Below, piece by piece: positions 38,696 through 48,190 of a stretch of 64,000 bases of DNA (its first letter is position 1; each line of letters starts with the position of its first letter). Where the stretch lies: positions 15,837 through 79,836 of the IMG/VR virus record IMGVR_UViG_3300045988_052707. One strand, given 5' to 3'. The translations under genes and the position numbers were made by a program. Under the pieces are notes generated by a model, which was not told where the DNA came from, made no database searches, and worked only from the letters and a program-made list of their open reading frames with translations. This DNA comes from a virus.

Positions 38696-38767
38696 TGCCC
38701 CATGTTGGACTCGAACCAACGCCATACAAGTTTAGAATTTGCTCTTCTACCACTGAAGTAATGGGGC
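38696..38767 (-). tRNA. suppressor-type tRNA, anticodon CTA (would decode amber UAG)
   Basis: Acceptor GCCCCAT/ATGGGGC, D-arm CTTC-AGTGGTA-GAAG, anticodon arm GCAAA-TTCTAAA-CTTGT (U33, A37; one A-C mismatch at loop-closing pair), T-arm GTTGG-TTCGAGT-CCAAC; 4 nt from the preceding CAT tRNA. Confidence 0.55.
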
Positions 38768-38804
38768 GACAGAGGGTTTTACGAGATTACCCACAACTCA
38801 TCAA

Positions 38805-39122
38805 CTATTCGATAATTTGATTCCACTGTTCAAGTGTAAGTTCCTTGACTACTATGCCATTTAGTTCAAATGGAGTATATTGGTTTCCATTCTCTTCTAC
38901 AAGGATTAACCATTCGTAGCCACGTTGTTTGCTATGAGTTCTAATAATCTCCTTAATGGTTTCGATGCCAAAAGGAGTTAGAATCTTCTGCCCTTCTCTG
39001 TAAAGATACCTCTTGTTGAGGTCTTTTAAATCCTCTAATGTGGTTAAATGAGGATTAGGGTTCTTAGTGATAACTACATGGTCATCTCCTACACTAACAT
39101 AATAATCTCGTTTGTATATCAT
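38805..39122 (-). CDS. hypothetical protein
   Basis: 105-aa ORF. Confidence 0.45.
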   Translation of the reverse strand: MIYKRDYYVSVGDDHVVITKNPNPHLTTLEDLKDLNKRYLYREGQKILTPFGIETIKEIIRTHSKQRGYEWLILVEENGNQYTPFELNGIVVKELTLEQWNQIIE

Positions 39123-39421
39123 TCTCTTACTAATTTAAGTTTCTTGAACATGCGACCGTCATCTTGTAATGCGATTGCTGTTAATTGATTGCCAAGGTCT
39201 GGTTCATAGAATGAAGAATAGTCCTTATTAACTAAGTCCAGTCTTACTTTCCATTTGTCTAAGTCTGCATATAAGTAGATTAAATAGCTATTATTCCACT
39301 CTTGATTAGGATGTTCTAATAACCACTGTGCTACTGCATGACCTCCTTGTACACAACCATAAACTGCATCAAGCTTCTGGTCTATCAGCACATACAATCT
39401 CTTCATCAGAATATGTATCAA
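39119..39421 (-). CDS. hypothetical protein
   Basis: 100-aa ORF, overlaps neighbours by 4 nt. Confidence 0.45.
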   Translation of the reverse strand: MIHILMKRLYVLIDQKLDAVYGCVQGGHAVAQWLLEHPNQEWNNSYLIYLYADLDKWKVRLDLVNKDYSSFYEPDLGNQLTAIALQDDGRMFKKLKLVRE

Positions 39422-39707
39422 TCAGTGAATCAACTCTTTCTCGGAAATACTTCTCTCCACTATACATCTTAGAATAACCACACCAACCTTGAGTTTCAAG
39501 TGATTTCCATTCTTTGATAACTTTAGCTAGATACTCATTTATAGCTTCTCCGATTAGTTTATGCTTTAATATGTAATAAGCTACATACATTGCATGTAAT
39601 CTTCCTCTGTTGTAATAAACTGATGAGCAGTCATTAATATTCTTAGCTGCTTTCTGTGCTTTTACTAAATTCGCGATTTCTTGTTTAAATTGTTTAATTG
39701 TTGCCAT
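39369..39707 (-). CDS. hypothetical protein
   Basis: 112-aa ORF. Confidence 0.45.
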   Translation of the reverse strand: MATIKQFKQEIANLVKAQKAAKNINDCSSVYYNRGRLHAMYVAYYILKHKLIGEAINEYLAKVIKEWKSLETQGWCGYSKMYSGEKYFRERVDSLIDTYSDEEIVCADRPEA

Positions 39708-39796
39708 GATAGTTAATTGTTAATAAGTTAATAAATAAATTGCCTTAATTAATAATCAACTATCTTATGGTGGCTTGTAAGTAATCTACCGCATAA

Positions 39797-40093
39797 TCAT
39801 TTCCCTTTAATTTGTTTACACATGTTAATAAACTCATCATCCGATTCACATATAATCGGATTCGTTTCCTTGAGATACATCTCCAGATAGGCTTCTTTAG
39901 ACAAATCGTCCACGTCATCCGGATACACACCATGTACATCATATGACATATGAGAACCCCAGCAACTAAGCCAATCAGCATCCTCAAATGTAGTACATAT
40001 ACACACACTTAACCCAGCATCCTCTAGTTTCTTACGAAGTTCTGGAGTATTCTTCTTAATAAGACAGTGTTCACTCATGGATTTAATACACAT
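39797..40093 (-). CDS. hypothetical protein
   Basis: 98-aa ORF (the overlapping 39760..40008 ORF in another frame is less protein-like). Confidence 0.4.
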   Translation of the reverse strand: MCIKSMSEHCLIKKNTPELRKKLEDAGLSVCICTTFEDADWLSCWGSHMSYDVHGVYPDDVDDLSKEAYLEMYLKETNPIICESDDEFINMCKQIKGK

Positions 40094-40413
40094 AAACCAC
40101 CTTTCTCGGAATCTCTAAGCACATACTTAATACCTGGAATACCAGGACCTGATACCTTATAAATGGTTAGTTCGTTAATAAATTCATACTGCACTCTGTT
40201 GATTTTATAATCTCCATTAGTAGCAGCAGACTCATTAATTGATGCTTTACTTGTGGTTGCAAATAATGCCAAGAAGGTAAATACTCCACATAATCCACCA
40301 ATAACACCTGCCTTAAATGATGTCTCTTTCATAATCTCATCTATTATTAATAATGAGCGGGATAACAGAATCGAACTGTCATCTTCAGCTTGGAAGGCTG
40401 TTATAATAACCAT
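40075..40413 (-). CDS. membrane-anchored hypothetical protein
   Basis: TM segment VIGGLCGVFTFLALFATT; 3' end abuts tRNA-Gly so true stop/start may differ. Confidence 0.35.
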   Translation of the reverse strand: MVIITAFQAEDDSSILLSRSLLIIDEIMKETSFKAGVIGGLCGVFTFLALFATTSKASINESAATNGDYKINRVQYEFINELTIYKVSGPGIPGIKYVLRDSEKGGLCVLNP

Positions 40414-40427
40414 TATACGAATCCCGC
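40356..40427 (-). tRNA. tRNA-Gly (anticodon TCC)
   Basis: Acceptor GCGGGAT/ATCCCGC, anticodon loop CTTCCAA, T-arm GACAG-TTCGATT-CTGTT. Confidence 0.55.
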
Positions 40428-40514
40428 AGTTTACTTCTACTATTCTCTCGAACCATAGAAGGGTTTGTCGAGTTTGACCTCAACAGATATTGTATTTAAT
40501 TATCGCAGTGTGAG

Positions 40515-40597
40515 TGGGCATGGTAGGATTCGAACCTACTCAGCCATAGGCAACGGTTTTACAGACCGCCCCAGCTCTCCAACTCTGGCGCATACCC
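40515..40597 (-). tRNA. tRNA-Tyr (anticodon GTA), type II
   Basis: Acceptor GGGTATG/CATGCCC, anticodon arm GCGGT-CTGTAAA-ACCGT, long variable arm TGCCTATGGCTGAG, T-arm GTAGG-TTCGAAT-CCTAC. Confidence 0.6.
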
Positions 40598-40847
40598 GAA
40601 TCACACAATCCATATTAACTGTGAATTGTGAGTGCAAAGGTAATGAATCTTTCCCACATATAAAAGTTAATATGTATTAAATACGATAGAAGTTTGCTCG
40701 ATATTAAACTAAGCTCACATATTCTCTCGAACCGATGAGCTTAGTAGTTATTCAACAATTGCAGATACTTTAACTCGTAATAATGACTATGAGTCGAGAT
40801 AGAAATGACACTGCATATGTTGAAAGAATCATATTAATAAAATGGTG

Positions 40848-40921
40848 TAGAGATAACCAGATTCGAACTGATGTTCTTCTAAAGATTGACTTTAGCTGTT
40901 CTACCACTGAACTATATCTCT
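40848..40921 (-). ncRNA. tRNA-like element with non-canonical anticodon arm (loop GTCAATC; CAA?) about 160 nt downstream of Ro60-like gene; tRNA or Y-RNA-like module
   Basis: Acceptor AGAGATA/TATCTCT, D-arm GTTC-AGTGGTA-GAAC, T-arm ATCAG-TTCGAAT-CTGGT all fine; anticodon region CTAAA-GTCAATC-TTTAG has pyrimidine at position 37 and a type-I scaffold inconsistent with Leu. Confidence 0.4.
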
Positions 40922-41084
40922 ATCCAGTCCCTATGGAATCATCCAATAAATTCCCACCTAGTATCACTAGATATGCACAAAGATTACTATACCAAATATG
41001 CGCTCTTCTCCATGCATAATGAAATCTATCTTCTATCCAATCAGAACATTAATTCAACTATTAAATAAATGGTGCGCGAAATAC

Positions 41085-42779
41085 TTAGGCCTTCACAGGC
41101 TTCTTCTGCACGCTTGCATTCTTCTTGACAACATCCTTCTCTAGAATCATCATATTAAGCAACTCTTGATTCATAGCATGCTTAAAAATGTCTCTGGTGG
41201 TTTTAGGCACCTGGAACCTCTTCTCTCCAGTAATAAATGAGGATGTTGAATTATTAAGTCCATTTACTAAGAAGCAATTTGACACTCCTGGAACCAAAGC
41301 TACATTAGGTCTTCCTTTATATGCTAAAGGAACTCTCCAAATAATAACTTTGAACGCCCTTACAAATTCCTTACTGAAATTTGCTTTAAGCAATCTCTGC
41401 TTAAATTCCACGAATGCTTGGTTGTTCAACTTGGTAAAATATGTATGGTTAGTAATTACCACACAACCTCTAGGGAACTCTCCTTCATCTACACCATAAC
41501 CTTCTTTCATTTTACATAACATTTCTGCTATATTAACAATAGAAGGATTCTGGCATAATGCTTCTTCTTTGTCAGATTTCCATTTCTCAATGACATTCTG
41601 ACCTTTGAACTTACGTAGAACCATGTTATCTTCTAACACGGCATAGGAGTTTTTGAATATTGTAGGAAGTAGTTCAGAGTGATATAAAGCATATGCTTTA
41701 CCCAAACTGTAAGCAGATGTTTCGCTATTCTCTATCTTACCATTAGCAGAATGGCTTATATCTCTTACTACCAACAACGGAGCTACTCTATTGCGTTTAG
41801 CATTATCAACGAATACGTTGAAACTTGCATTAATAGAAGTTTCCATAAATTCTGGAATCTCTTCGGCAATTTTATCCAATCCATATGGTTTGAATAAAGT
41901 ATGTAGAAATCCGCTATTAGAGGGCTTCTTACGGTTCTTTAACCAGTTCTGATACTTCTCTTTAAGACCTTGATGTTTGAGGAATTTAGAGCCTACTAGC
42001 TGTGCCAGCGCCTTTCCAGTAACAGTGTCAAAATCAATTTCCAAGAATTTCTTTTGACTGATTAACTGCTGCCATTGGGCAGCTTTCCCGCTATTCTTCA
42101 TCTTCCTATATTTACGATAGGTTGAATAGTCTCCTTCATCCTTAGGTTTACCATAAAGGCCTTCCGCCAAGAATTTGGCTACTATGTTACGTGCTTTTGC
42201 CTCATCTGTCTTACATGCAACACTGGAACGAACACGAGGAAGATACTTCTTTACTAAATCACATGTCTGACCGTTGGCAAGACCTGCGAATATGACTTTC
42301 TTGAAGAAGTCCCAATCCAATCTGTGCTTAAAGCCATGGAGTTGAACATCTAAAGCCATCATAGTAATGAAATCTTTCCAGCATCCAGCTGCTGCAAAAT
42401 AAGCAATGTTGGCATGGAATGTGGGTTTGTGATAGATTGCCAACCACAACATTCTCATTATACCTTCATTCTTCAAACCTTCTCCTTGCTGTGTATCAAG
42501 TTGTGTAACTCCTTCCGGGGTAGTTATTCTACATTTACGAGTTATCATTCTCGTATATGCAGTAAACTTGGTACATAGTAATGGATTAGCTTTCCATAAA
42601 GGATACATATCTTTAGCCACTTGCACGTAGGTACGTGGCTGAAGACATTTCTTAAGATTAACAAACTGGTCTATGAATAACTGATTATTATCCACAAACT
42701 TGGGTTTATTCTCATCCCGCCTTTGACGTGCGGCATTAGGGTAAGGCCTCCTTGGCCTTTGTGCTCCTTTCATTTCCAT
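41085..42779 (-). CDS. Ro60/TROVE-domain-like RNA-binding protein with C-terminal vWA/MIDAS region (Rsr-like)
   Basis: C-terminal block aligns with Ro60 vWA: LLVVRDISHSANG (DxSxS MIDAS), SYAVLEDNMV ~ SYVVAFSDEMV, GCVVITNHTYF ~ ADVFIVFTDNETF; 564 aa, similar to Ro60/Rsr size. Confidence 0.5.
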   Translation of the reverse strand: MEMKGAQRPRRPYPNAARQRRDENKPKFVDNNQLFIDQFVNLKKCLQPRTYVQVAKDMYPLWKANPLLCTKFTAYTRMITRKCRITTPEGVTQLDTQQGEGLKNEGIMRMLWLAIYHKPTFHANIAYFAAAGCWKDFITMMALDVQLHGFKHRLDWDFFKKVIFAGLANGQTCDLVKKYLPRVRSSVACKTDEAKARNIVAKFLAEGLYGKPKDEGDYSTYRKYRKMKNSGKAAQWQQLISQKKFLEIDFDTVTGKALAQLVGSKFLKHQGLKEKYQNWLKNRKKPSNSGFLHTLFKPYGLDKIAEEIPEFMETSINASFNVFVDNAKRNRVAPLLVVRDISHSANGKIENSETSAYSLGKAYALYHSELLPTIFKNSYAVLEDNMVLRKFKGQNVIEKWKSDKEEALCQNPSIVNIAEMLCKMKEGYGVDEGEFPRGCVVITNHTYFTKLNNQAFVEFKQRLLKANFSKEFVRAFKVIIWRVPLAYKGRPNVALVPGVSNCFLVNGLNNSTSSFITGEKRFQVPKTTRDIFKHAMNQELLNMMILEKDVVKKNASVQKKPVKA

Positions 42780-43160
42780 CTCTTTGTTTAAATTTATTGT
42801 TATGAGAGTCTTTCTTTATTCTAAACAATAAACAAGCGGCATTACGGCAATTGGACATGCGTTAATCCGCTCGCCACTTACAGACCGTAATGCACACTTG
42901 ACCAGGCAGGAAAGAGGTTTGCTTGGTGACCTATCTGCATGCTGATTATATAATGCAGACCGTGTAGATTCTCTCTTACACAATATCTATAGTAGATTTG
43001 CACTACTGTTTTCTGATGCTTAATCAGGCGAACTCTTACTGTTCGAATAGATACAGGTTTCAACTCTTTGATATAGCCTTTTAAGTCATAGACACACTCC
43101 GGAGTATGTCTACTGGTTCTTCAGACCAAGTTTTGCTACCACCATTCGTCAATAGTGGAT

Positions 43161-43856
43161 TTAAGGTATTAGATAGTCCACACGAAGGTCTACCGTCTCT
43201 TCGTTTGCTTCTAACACCACAGTCGTCGAAAGAATGTCAGGATTGTCAGCCGTAGTTATCATACTCACAATATCATGTGGGGATTCCAAGTATAAATAAC
43301 CTCTACCGTCCCAAGCTGGAACATATCCGCCTCGTAGAATGTTTCGAGACGGAATAGACTTATAATAATAGTGTGCTGGCCGGTAGTGAGCGAATGATAC
43401 GTTAATAGCTGATTGGTGTGTGCCTATGGTAAAACCACCCAGGACTGTTGCCAGTCTCATCACCTTACTAACGTATTTTGAATCGCCTACTACATCTAGT
43501 CTTATGTTCAAGCCTGGATAGTAGAATTTAGCAACTCTCCTACTTATATCCTTCAACGTTTGAAGAGATTGAAATTCAGCAACATCAACATAGTCTTTCT
43601 CCGATTCAGAACTACCGAAGATACAATTGATTGGTATTGGCTGATTAGCTTCAATACATTCTTCCAAAATAGTGATTGCTTCGGACGGAATAGCTTCATT
43701 ACCAAGTCTGATTCTCTTAGTCCCATATAAGATATGAGCTATAATCTGACTAAGTGGCAATGATAATTTCTCCTTGGCAAAGTTGCTTTCCAAATCATAT
43801 AGATATTGGCAAATGTGTGCACTGAATGGCGTGTTCCCTTGTACTGTAAACTTCAT
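43161..43856 (-). CDS. hypothetical protein
   Basis: 231-aa ORF. Confidence 0.5.
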   Translation of the reverse strand: MKFTVQGNTPFSAHICQYLYDLESNFAKEKLSLPLSQIIAHILYGTKRIRLGNEAIPSEAITILEECIEANQPIPINCIFGSSESEKDYVDVAEFQSLQTLKDISRRVAKFYYPGLNIRLDVVGDSKYVSKVMRLATVLGGFTIGTHQSAINVSFAHYRPAHYYYKSIPSRNILRGGYVPAWDGRGYLYLESPHDIVSMITTADNPDILSTTVVLEANEETVDLRVDYLIP

Positions 43857-44350
43857 ACTATCTGTTCAACTGTTATTAATTTAGTGATTCTGTAACCTCT
43901 TGATTTCAGGAATTTGATTGCTTCCATTTCAGCTTGTGTAATAGGAATCAGATGTTTGTCTTCTTCCGCTTCTGTAACAGCTTCCATTTCAGCTTGTGGC
44001 TTAGGTTTGGGAGGTGCTACATAAGTGCCAGCTTTAATAGCCATTCTCTTAGCATATGCATCTCTCTGTATCTTAGCCATTTCTTTCCTACTGATAGTTA
44101 TCAATTCAATGACTCTAGTCTTATACAAAGGGCCATGTTCTTTCCACATAAATCCTTTAGTATAGATAGCACCGTCAGGTTCAATCACTCCCTGCTTACG
44201 CAAAACAGCCATGAAGTTCTCTGGCCTTGGGAAGCCATTCTTCTTTAAATCCTTGACTACATCTGTAATCTTAAAAGGCCCAGGATTCATTGCCTTTACC
44301 GTGTTAAAAATCCGAACGATGTCATCGTCGGATATTGACCTCTTTCCCAT
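43853..44350 (-). CDS. hypothetical protein with Pro/Lys-rich linker
   Basis: 165-aa ORF, overlaps downstream gene by 4 nt. Confidence 0.5.
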   Translation of the reverse strand: MGKRSISDDDIVRIFNTVKAMNPGPFKITDVVKDLKKNGFPRPENFMAVLRKQGVIEPDGAIYTKGFMWKEHGPLYKTRVIELITISRKEMAKIQRDAYAKRMAIKAGTYVAPPKPKPQAEMEAVTEAEEDKHLIPITQAEMEAIKFLKSRGYRITKLITVEQIV

Positions 44351-44396
44351 AATTTCAATAACTTTTAGTGAAACAATTACTCTTTATATATTCTAA

Positions 44397-44650
44397 TTCG
44401 AGATTTACACAGATGTACACGCATTCGTTTAATCTCGGACAGAATCCAATTACGTCTGCATTGATGTAACCATGCAATTACATCCTCGTCAAATAATAAT
44501 TCTTGACCACAGTAGTATGTGCCACTGTAGTAAGTATCAAGCTTTGGTCTTAATATGTCATGAGGACTATCAGTAACTATGTATTGATAATCCTCACCCT
44601 TATTAATTTCAGCTTCTTTGACTCTTTACGAAGTTTCTTTAATAGCTTTA
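44397..44650 (-). pseudogene. disrupted small ORF (two frames: MKVKLLKKLRKESKKLKLIRVRIINT* then ...YIVTDSPHDILRPKLDTYYSGTYYCGQELLFDEDVIAWLHQCRRNWILSEIKRMRVHLCK)
   Basis: Protein-like translation continues in a different frame after an in-frame stop; no start codon in the longer frame. Confidence 0.3.
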
Positions 44651-44694
44651 CCTTCATTTTAGTAATTCCAATTAAGCGTTAATAATAGTGGACC

Positions 44695-44725
44695 ATCGCG
44701 GACTCGAACCGCGGTCTTCACAACT
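44695..44725 (-). other. tRNA 3'-fragment (perfect T-arm CGCGG-TTCGAGT-CCGCG + acceptor 3' strand ATGGTCC-A) without detectable 5' half
   Basis: No complementary GGACCAT or D-arm within 400 nt upstream; lies at the 3' end of a ~900-nt ORF-poor, hairpin-rich region. Confidence 0.35.
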
Positions 44726-45334
44726 CTAAATAACAAGATTACGTGTGTCTCTATTTTATTACATCAGCTGTTGAGTTCAGCATGTAGATAGTTTTACTAA
44801 GAAGCTGAGTGTTAATTCACCAATTACGTCTCCTCGTAAGGCTACGACTTAGTTGTTCACAAACTACCAAACTGGGCTTGACCGAACGGTCGCTCCACCA
44901 CTCCATTTACGTTGGAGAACGTCTATTTGTAACCCATAGCTAGGTAGTGGAGATTTCAGCTTACTAACTCTTAGAGTGTTCTGTTAATGACGTTTGTCAA
45001 TCCTCTTCTGTTTCTAGGTCTCTCCAATTAACCCGACTTAATCAATATAAATACTGATAAGCCAGCAGCTTAGGCTGCCATTCTTACTTCAGTGTTTCCA
45101 CTTAAAATTGTGCATCATTATTAAAGAGTTGGTGCCAACTCTACACGTCTTGCTACCCAGTCATCATGAATCAATTCCATGTATGGCCCATAAATGGCAT
45201 GATTATACTCTCATGCCAGGAGTCATTATGAATTTTAAAAATTTAGGGAGCACAAAATCACCAGTATCCTCCTGTGCCACATTGAGTGGCGTACCCATTG
45301 AGGACTTAGTAACTTATGAGCTATTTTGTTCCAT

Positions 45335-45688
45335 TTAAAATGGTAAGTTTCCTTCATGTTTCATCCAGCTATAAACTACAATTTCATAATCTGGGAAATC
45401 GTTAGCAAGTTTAACACAACTGTCAAACGATAACTCTGTTATGCATATAAGAGGGTAATCATTGTCAAGCCATTCTCTAATTACATCCTTATCAGGAATA
45501 TGCTCGTCCAATGACCATTTAAGCTCACGTTCAAGTCTTTCACGTACTGTATTCAATTTAATATGGTCATGCGTTCCATATATAACATTTAATATGTAAT
45601 ACAATAAATGGCTATTGAACTTATCAACATCGCTAATAAGAATATGCCTCTTGGCATTCCTTAAAGAATTAACTGCATTCTGATTCAT
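45335..45688 (-). CDS. hypothetical protein
   Basis: 117-aa ORF. Confidence 0.5.
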   Translation of the reverse strand: MNQNAVNSLRNAKRHILISDVDKFNSHLLYYILNVIYGTHDHIKLNTVRERLERELKWSLDEHIPDKDVIREWLDNDYPLICITELSFDSCVKLANDFPDYEIVVYSWMKHEGNLPF

Positions 45689-45755
45689 ACACTTATTAAT
45701 TAAAAGCCCAAGTGTGTTTCACAACATGACTGGGGCAAGCCTAAACTATACAAAA

Positions 45756-45836
45756 CTTTAAAATGATTGGGAGAGGATGGGAGATTCGAACTCCCACTAC
45801 TAGTTGTAACTAGCCTTCTACCATTAAACTAATCCT
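45756..45836 (-). tRNA. tRNA with encoded CCA; anticodon ambiguous (6-nt loop TTACAA between palindromic CTAG stems: TAC/Val or ACA)
   Basis: Acceptor AGAGGAT/ATCCTCT + discriminator C + CCA, T-arm GGGAG-TTCGAAT-CTCCC; Val is the only amino acid otherwise missing from the array. Confidence 0.45.
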
Positions 45837-45848
45837 CTCTTGGCATTA

Positions 45849-46469
45849 TTAACGCTTCACAGCTTCTTCAAAGTTCTTTACAATCTTCTCTGCCTTCTCA
45901 CGGGAACAGTCAAGCATGTGCATAGTAAGATGAATGCGCTGTTCACGCATCAAATCTTCTATGGCTCCTTCATTGCCTTCTCTAGCCTTGAGAGCTTTTA
46001 ATAGCTCTTCTGGCGTTTCAACACCTTCAACATCAGCACCGATAGCCTTAGATATATCCTTCAGAAACTCAAACAAAGCTTTTTCGCCTTCTTCGACTTT
46101 AAATGTAGAGCCTTGTCTTTGGTCTCTCATTTTCATAAGAATGTCAAAGATTTCACGGGCAGAAGCTTCGTCATCCTCATTCAGAGTGACAGCATGACGT
46201 TCATGAGGTTGCACACGAATAGATTCGTCTTTAACTTCCATAACGAGCAAGTCTTTACCGTCTCCACGAACAATGATAATTTCACGGTCTTTCCTTTCAT
46301 CATAACCGCCACCAACAGTGAAATTCTTGTAAGGAACTTCTTTGCCTTCAGCGGCATCGAGCACATGCCCAAGAATAGTTTCAGCTTCTTCTACGATAGA
46401 ATCATAGCATGGGTCTTTCTTTGGATTGAAATCAATACCAGCTTTCAGGCGTTCTTGTAATTTCTTCAT
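45849..46469 (-). CDS. hypothetical acidic protein
   Basis: 206-aa ORF. Confidence 0.5.
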   Translation of the reverse strand: MKKLQERLKAGIDFNPKKDPCYDSIVEEAETILGHVLDAAEGKEVPYKNFTVGGGYDERKDREIIIVRGDGKDLLVMEVKDESIRVQPHERHAVTLNEDDEASAREIFDILMKMRDQRQGSTFKVEEGEKALFEFLKDISKAIGADVEGVETPEELLKALKAREGNEGAIEDLMREQRIHLTMHMLDCSREKAEKIVKNFEEAVKR

Positions 46470-46510
46470 TTCCTTCTAAATTTAAAGAGTTTGATTTATT
46501 AATTATTTGA

Positions 46511-46672
46511 TTAATCTGGTAAGAACCAGACTCCTATGGCCGCAACAATACCTATAGCTCCGGCTACATATGTAAAATCGCCAGCTGTAGGTAACATGAT
46601 ATTAATAATTACTAATGCTCCAATAGCAGAACTAATTATTATATTGTCTTTCTTATTCTTAGTGAGTTTCAT
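46511..46672 (-). CDS. small membrane protein (not in ORF track)
   Basis: MKLTKNKKDNIIISSAIGALVIINIMLPTAGDFTYVAGAIGIVAAIGVWFLPD. Confidence 0.35.
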   Translation of the reverse strand: MKLTKNKKDNIIISSAIGALVIINIMLPTAGDFTYVAGAIGIVAAIGVWFLPD

Positions 46673-46781
46673 AATTACTAATATTGGTTAAGAGTGACTC
46701 CACCGTGACGTGCCAAATCATAGTGAAGTTTCGTCGTAATTTTCAACGACTCATCAGACTCTCTTTTAGACGGAAAGGAGA

Positions 46782-47024
46782 TTATGACATATAATTATCA
46801 ATAGAATCTCCAGTTGCTGCCCTAATCTGTTCCCATGGAATGTTCTCTTCTTCGCAAAGCTGTTTGGAGGACTGTATCCACTCCTTGGCGAAGTCTATAA
46901 AATCACCGCATTCTCTCTTAGCCATTACCATAGCTTCTTTGCAGCTGTAAGCGATGATTCCGGGAAGAAGAGATTTGTCATTGTTAATTGCATGTTTAAC
47001 TATAGGGCTGTTCTTTATATCCAT
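46782..47024 (-). CDS. hypothetical protein
   Basis: 80-aa ORF. Confidence 0.45.
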   Translation of the reverse strand: MDIKNSPIVKHAINNDKSLLPGIIAYSCKEAMVMAKRECGDFIDFAKEWIQSSKQLCEEENIPWEQIRAATGDSIDNYMS

Positions 47025-47034
47025 TGTTTAAAGG

Positions 47035-47268
47035 TTAGATTGTTGTTACACTGCTAATAATAGAATAATCAATAATAACTGAAAGCATGCCATTTAAATC
47101 AGATGTCTCATAGGGAACTTGATATTTGGCGATTTGTCTTTCGGCTTGCTGCATCATGGGCTGGTTAGTTCCAAACCCAAGAAGCAATTTACCTTCACGA
47201 GAAGTAATAGATTGATGATTGAGAGTACATGGTATTCTCTGTTTCCTAAACTGTATCTGCGATAACAT
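47035..47268 (-). CDS. hypothetical protein
   Basis: 77-aa ORF. Confidence 0.4.
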   Translation of the reverse strand: MLSQIQFRKQRIPCTLNHQSITSREGKLLLGFGTNQPMMQQAERQIAKYQVPYETSDLNGMLSVIIDYSIISSVTTI

Positions 47269-47270
47269 TG

Positions 47271-47615
47271 TTACTTAGTTAATAAGTTAGCAAATCCTTT
47301 CCAGAAGTAGCGAGGGAAGTGTCCAGTCAGTTGTACATAATTAACTCCTGCTGACACCTTATGTCTAGCTGTAACCTTATGTCCGTCAATGGACATTGTG
47401 ATTAAGCTACCAGAAACTGTCACATCACTATCTGACATATCATACAAATCTCCTAAGTCCTTAATAGGAATCCACTTAGATGTAGTTTCATCTTTGTAGC
47501 TATTAAGACGAGATTGTAGTTTGGCATCAGAAGGCTGGCCAGTTCTCATATCAATAACCTCACCCTCACAATCTGCAAGGATGAAGTTCTGTGTATAGTT
47601 AAAGTATAATTTCAT
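47271..47615 (-). CDS. hypothetical protein
   Basis: 114-aa ORF. Confidence 0.5.
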   Translation of the reverse strand: MKLYFNYTQNFILADCEGEVIDMRTGQPSDAKLQSRLNSYKDETTSKWIPIKDLGDLYDMSDSDVTVSGSLITMSIDGHKVTARHKVSAGVNYVQLTGHFPRYFWKGFANLLTK

Positions 47616-48151
47616 GTGTACTGAACTTTATATCTTTTAGTTCTTCTAGTTTGTAGATTAATAACATCTACCGAATCAGTACCTGCCTTTACGTAAACCT
47701 TACCAGATATCTCTTTGATAAAGTCATTCTCTGATTTACCTTCAAAAGTTCCGATAAGGCATAGTGTTACTCCATTGACAAGTACTTTGGTAAATTTATC
47801 AACCTGTATAGGAGCCAAAGGTATTCCTTCTTCTCTTACATGGTTAAATGCCTTAGTGTAGGCTCTATACCTCGCAAGACGATGTTCATAATTAGCACCT
47901 TTAGAGGGATAGCTGGCAAGTACTGAAGTATCCTTAATTACCACATACTCTTTACCAGGCAATCCACCTTCATACCATGATTTAGATATTACTTTGATAC
48001 CGGATTTTACTAATAACCATTTGTCTACAGCATCACATAAACGCTCTTTACCACATGTCTGTAACAATATGGGTATTAAGTTACGTTTAAGCTCTCTGTA
48101 TTCCTCTGCTAATTCATTAGTCATAGATAAGTTGGCAGTTAACCTACTCAC
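47612..48151 (-). CDS. hypothetical protein
   Basis: 179-aa ORF overlapping downstream gene by 4 nt. Confidence 0.5.
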   Translation of the reverse strand: MSRLTANLSMTNELAEEYRELKRNLIPILLQTCGKERLCDAVDKWLLVKSGIKVISKSWYEGGLPGKEYVVIKDTSVLASYPSKGANYEHRLARYRAYTKAFNHVREEGIPLAPIQVDKFTKVLVNGVTLCLIGTFEGKSENDFIKEISGKVYVKAGTDSVDVINLQTRRTKRYKVQYT

Positions 48152-48190
48152 TGCCAGGTTTTAAAATATGGAAATCTCACACTCCTTTGG

